Program-made: the position numbers and the translations under genes | Part shown: positions 60,236-64,000 of the stretch, in pieces | How the letters are laid out: each line of letters opens with the position of its first letter | Position numbering within the stretch: the first letter of the stretch is position 1 | Notes under the pieces: generated by a model | The model's input: the letters and a program-made list of their open reading frames with translations, nothing else | Databases searched by the model: none | What the model was told of the DNA's origin: nothing | Assembly: GCA_965215015.1 (NCBI GenBank) | Contig: OZ244042.1 | Coordinates: 2,592,001-2,656,000, forward strand | Length of the DNA stretch: 64,000 bases | Direction: 5' to 3' | Source of the DNA: Candidatus Poribacteria bacterium | GTDB taxonomy: Bacteria > Poribacteria > WGA-4E > PCPOR2b

Positions 60236-61462
60236 ATGCAAGTCAATCCACAACAGTTGCTCGACCACGGCTATATCATCCTACGTGAGGTTATCCCACC
60301 GGGACAGTTAGATGAACTGCGGGCCTGTTTTGAAACGCTAGTGGAGCGACAGAAGCGGATTTGGGCGCAAGAACGCAAACCCGATGACCCACCGGGAGGT
60401 TACTGGGAAACTGCGGCACAACCGCGTGTGTTCTTCGATAGTGTCGCCGATGAGATAACCGCCAAAGCAGTGGAGTTTTGCCTACACGAAAATACTTTGG
60501 GGGTCAGCCGACAACTGATGCAGGCACAGGAGGCTTCTCCAACACTGATGGCACTGATGTGCAGCCCGGTGCAAGACCACGGCCCGGCTAGCTGGCATCG
60601 TGACATTGATCCCGTTGGGCAGGCACCGCTACGGGGTATGCAGATGGATGTGATCCAAAACGCGCCGGGTTATGTCCAATGGAATATCCCACTTTATGAT
60701 GACAGCGTGTTTTGGGTCGTACCGAAAAGCCATAAACGTCCGAACACAGAAGCGGAAAATCAACACTTGGCAACAAACGGGCGTGAACCGATTCCGGGTG
60801 GTGTGCCGGTGGAGCTGAAAGCGGGGGACGGTATCGTCTATATCCACATGATGTTGCATTGGGGGAGTAACTACAGCGCGAAGTTACGGCGGACTGTGCA
60901 TCTCGGCTATCGCTCTTTCGGCGGTCCTGTTTATCCGTTGGTTAACCACTTTTACTGGCATCCGGATTTTACGAAGCGTATGCCCCAAAAGACGCGAGAG
61001 CGGTTTGAACACTTCTATCAACTGCATGAACAGCAATGCGATGTAATTGAATCCACTTTCCGCGCCATCCTGGCCAAAGACGCGGAGACTTTCCGCAATG
61101 GCCTCGCAATACTCCATCCCGGCGAAGCATGGCGGATGGTATGCGTGGTATATCTATCAAAGTTGGTGGAAAAAACACGCACATTGAAACAACCTGATGT
61201 CGCCAATCTACCGTTCGAGGAGCGTGTGGAGGCTATTTCGGAGCACCGGCTCAACTTCTATCTTTTTGAAGATTTTTCTCGTCGTTTCTCAGAAGAAGAA
61301 GCCGACCTCCTCTGGGGTCGGTTTCGGACGCTTTACAACAAAATTCAGGAGGAGATAGACCGGTCTGTTCCCAAATTGGAGTCTCGGCAAGACCGGTACA
61401 TGCTGACTGACATGCCTGCCAATTTCGATGTGGAGGCCTTTATCGCCAGTTGGGACGCGTAA
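60236..61462 (+). CDS. PhyH-family Fe(II)/2OG dioxygenase with helical C-terminal extension
   Basis: WHRD, QWNI.L..D, P.SH.R, L.AGD...H.G, RR; true start at 60236 after AGGGAG. Confidence 0.85.
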   Translation: MQVNPQQLLDHGYIILREVIPPGQLDELRACFETLVERQKRIWAQERKPDDPPGGYWETAAQPRVFFDSVADEITAKAVEFCLHENTLGVSRQLMQAQEASPTLMALMCSPVQDHGPASWHRDIDPVGQAPLRGMQMDVIQNAPGYVQWNIPLYDDSVFWVVPKSHKRPNTEAENQHLATNGREPIPGGVPVELKAGDGIVYIHMMLHWGSNYSAKLRRTVHLGYRSFGGPVYPLVNHFYWHPDFTKRMPQKTRERFEHFYQLHEQQCDVIESTFRAILAKDAETFRNGLAILHPGEAWRMVCVVYLSKLVEKTRTLKQPDVANLPFEERVEAISEHRLNFYLFEDFSRRFSEEEADLLWGRFRTLYNKIQEEIDRSVPKLESRQDRYMLTDMPANFDVEAFIASWDA

Positions 61463-61512
61463 GTGAAATGGATACCGTGTATTCAGAGCACTTTCCCATT
61501 TTGGCGTGTTTG

Positions 61513-63837
61513 TTAATCTGCTGATTGACTCAATTGCTCAATTGTCCATTCGCACCGTTCAATCCAATCCTTTGCTCTGTTAATGGTGCCGAGGGACAGC
61601 GCATTATTGGCGGCAATTCGGCGAAACTGCTCAACAGCCTCCTCATATTGTCCAAGCCTATAGAAGTTTACACCGATGAGCCTCATATTTTCAATCGCTA
61701 GATTCTGGTGTGGTAGACCCAATGTAGCGGCTTTTGACAGATACTGATTTGATGTGGCGTACTCCTGATCAAAATAGAGCTGCCGTCCAATGAGATAATG
61801 CCCCAACCCCCACTCCGGCAACGCATTGATTACCTCGTGAAGCAGTGTCATCCTGAGTCTGCTTGATAACTGGCTGATGAGGGCTTGCCTGATTCTATTC
61901 TCTATATTGGGGGAATCGAGGGCAAGTGTTGCGAGCTTGGCTTGTACTTCCCGGCCGAGGGAGTCAGAAGTGTGAAGCATGAACACCTCCTGATAGCGTG
62001 AACGAGCCTCCTCACGCCCTCCTTGCTGCCAATAGACATTTCCTTCTACATTTTTCGCCTCCGCAACCCGACCTACACTGGCTTGTGGGTGTGCGATGAT
62101 ATTCGATGCCCACTCTAAGGTTGACGGATAATCTTCCATTTGATAGTAAGCGTACATAAGCCCTCGCAGATGGCGTGGATTGTCCGGATCAAATTGGTAT
62201 ATCTGTTCAAACAGCCGAATTGCCGCGCTCATATTTGTTTGCTGATACGCTCGCCACGCGTCCGAAGAGAGCTGAGCAATCTCATGGGCGCACGGTTTTT
62301 GGAAGATACTGGGACGCTTGAAACGATGCTCCGCAATAACTAAATCTGTTTCCGTCAGTGTAGCCGTTTCCAGAAATTCCTTCCAATCCCCCTCAAGTTT
62401 TACGAGGGATTTATTGTAAACCTCCTTGAAATTCCCGGTTGGAAAGACACGCTTGGCTTTTTCAATCCCATACCTGTCAATGAGAAAGCGCACAAAAGAA
62501 CCCGCCAACGTATAACTCTGCGACGAGGCTTGCGCCCAAAAACCGAGCCCCATGATCTGGTTCATCTTCGGGGCAATTCTCAACTGTTGCATCGCCTGAC
62601 TCCACTGATGCGCTGTCAATTTCCCTTCATCCCAATCCGCGGCGACAGCAATCCCTTCATGCAGCCCGATTGAGAGACTGACCTTCAGAATCGGATGCCA
62701 GTCCGCTGTCAAAGCGTGTGCTAACTCATGTTTCATGACTGGATGGGGGAAATCCTCGTAGTTGATATGAAAGCCGTACCCAAGCGGATCTTCAATTGAT
62801 GTGCCCCCTGCCCCTACGAGTCGCTTTTTCTGTGCAGGCGAAGTGTAGATATAGGATTGAACCTTCTGGGTGGGCTGTATCTGGAAATAGCGGATCAACT
62901 GTGCATAGCGAAACTCGTGATCTTGGGCAATCCATTCCATCTCCTTTTCAACCGGCGAACCCTGCTCGTAGTAGATTTTGAAATGCGCTGTCTCCTTCAG
63001 TCCACCTAATTTGTTCTCAATATATCCTCGCGTTGGACGCAACCCCAGCTCTCCGCGAAATAGGCAAATCAACCCAAACAGGATTATTAGCGCAATGAGG
63101 CGAATTCGATGATTCAAATCCGCAAATCGCGGTTTGAATCGGTAAAGTTTTCGCCAATAGAGGGTTGGCTCCAATCGGGTATGCCTGCCAATCTCCAATG
63201 TGTTGATTGCAAACGATAGAAAAATCCAACCCAACAGCAGTGTTGTTCCGCGTGCGATTAGCAGGGTGCCGGATATCACGATACGCTCGTCATAGATGGG
63301 TCCGGGAAAGTAGCCAAAGGTTGAATGATAGCCGAAGACAGGCGGGTGAAAGATGAGGTTGTAGGCGAGGGCCAGGAGTGTGGCAAAGATATAAGCGATA
63401 TAAGCGAGATAGGCCGTCCAACGTCGCTTCAACCATAACCCGAAGAACACGCCCAAAGCAGTGGCATAAACACAACTGACCACAGGCAAGAGGAGAAAGA
63501 AAACGAACCCCTCCAAGAAATCGCAATTTTTGACGCGGAACGCATTCAACAAAATGATGATTAACGGTGCGACCAGCAATGTCAGGTTGATCCCAAACGT
63601 TCGCCAGAAAACCGACATAACCCTCTGAGCGGCAGTGCCTCTCAGAGATTGTGTGCGATGTCTCAGATAGCCTACACCCGTCACAGCAGTATGCGCCCCT
63701 GCGAATGAAACCCCGAAAGCAAGAATCGCACAAAATTCAAACGCGAGGAGATTAAACAGGGGAGTGTTTGCAAGAATCAACGCGAGGAGCGTCAATGCAG
63801 CAAACCAGAGCCAGTAAGAGAAGGATTGGAAAAGCAT
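61513..63837 (-). CDS. Membrane protein with gluzincin (peptidase MA-like) domain and TPRs
   Basis: About seven N-terminal TM segments; HELAH...EG metallopeptidase motif; C-terminal TPRs. Confidence 0.75.
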   Translation of the reverse strand: MLFQSFSYWLWFAALTLLALILANTPLFNLLAFEFCAILAFGVSFAGAHTAVTGVGYLRHRTQSLRGTAAQRVMSVFWRTFGINLTLLVAPLIIILLNAFRVKNCDFLEGFVFFLLLPVVSCVYATALGVFFGLWLKRRWTAYLAYIAYIFATLLALAYNLIFHPPVFGYHSTFGYFPGPIYDERIVISGTLLIARGTTLLLGWIFLSFAINTLEIGRHTRLEPTLYWRKLYRFKPRFADLNHRIRLIALIILFGLICLFRGELGLRPTRGYIENKLGGLKETAHFKIYYEQGSPVEKEMEWIAQDHEFRYAQLIRYFQIQPTQKVQSYIYTSPAQKKRLVGAGGTSIEDPLGYGFHINYEDFPHPVMKHELAHALTADWHPILKVSLSIGLHEGIAVAADWDEGKLTAHQWSQAMQQLRIAPKMNQIMGLGFWAQASSQSYTLAGSFVRFLIDRYGIEKAKRVFPTGNFKEVYNKSLVKLEGDWKEFLETATLTETDLVIAEHRFKRPSIFQKPCAHEIAQLSSDAWRAYQQTNMSAAIRLFEQIYQFDPDNPRHLRGLMYAYYQMEDYPSTLEWASNIIAHPQASVGRVAEAKNVEGNVYWQQGGREEARSRYQEVFMLHTSDSLGREVQAKLATLALDSPNIENRIRQALISQLSSRLRMTLLHEVINALPEWGLGHYLIGRQLYFDQEYATSNQYLSKAATLGLPHQNLAIENMRLIGVNFYRLGQYEEAVEQFRRIAANNALSLGTINRAKDWIERCEWTIEQLSQSAD

Positions 63838-63881
63838 AAGATCTTTGGAGGTGAGACGGAGTTAGATTTTATCCTCTCGGT

Positions 63882-64000
63882 TTAAGTTGGGTAGACGGAA
63901 ATTTCATACGACATGCCTTTGCCATTTTCATCCCCATAGAAGCCCGCCGATAGGGGGTCAATGATGAGTCGTTTTGCCAGCCTTGCCTCACAGATTTTTT
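63882..64000 (-). CDS. 3' end of an unidentified CDS (partial)
   Basis: Open frame KICEARLAKRLIIDPLSAGFYGDENGKGMSYEISVYPT* from the window edge. Confidence 0.45.
   Translation of the reverse strand, partial: KICEARLAKRLIIDPLSAGFYGDENGKGMSYEISVYPT

Overview
Bacterial chromosomal window, inferred to come from a Candidatus Poribacteria-like sponge symbiont. The inference rests on four PhyH-family dioxygenases, many sugar-acid enolases and oxidoreductases, TPR proteins, and a giant protein ending in a 'NYPNPFNPETWIPY' domain. Housekeeping genes include the end of rnhC, thiI, lpoB, hisS, aspS, ddl and glpK, mixed with catabolic clusters. The intergenic DNA is crowded with non-autonomous mobile DNA: two mini IS200/IS605 elements (one clearly retaining the tnpB 3' end and omega-RNA region) plus two orphan left ends, an internally deleted IS701-like element, a TIR-bounded MITE family carrying variable REP-like cargo, and two G/C-rich tandem arrays. 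At least seven short gene remnants are also present. The best leads are (i) two tandem PhyH-fold enzymes with H-C-A in place of the H-x-D/E iron-binding motif, the signature of Fe/2OG halogenases; (ii) the modular cargo MITE and its shared repeat modules; (iii) a 2319-aa surface protein with a duplicated promoter and a mosaic codon composition. No tRNA, rRNA or true CRISPR array was seen. All family assignments come from motif recognition, not database searches.
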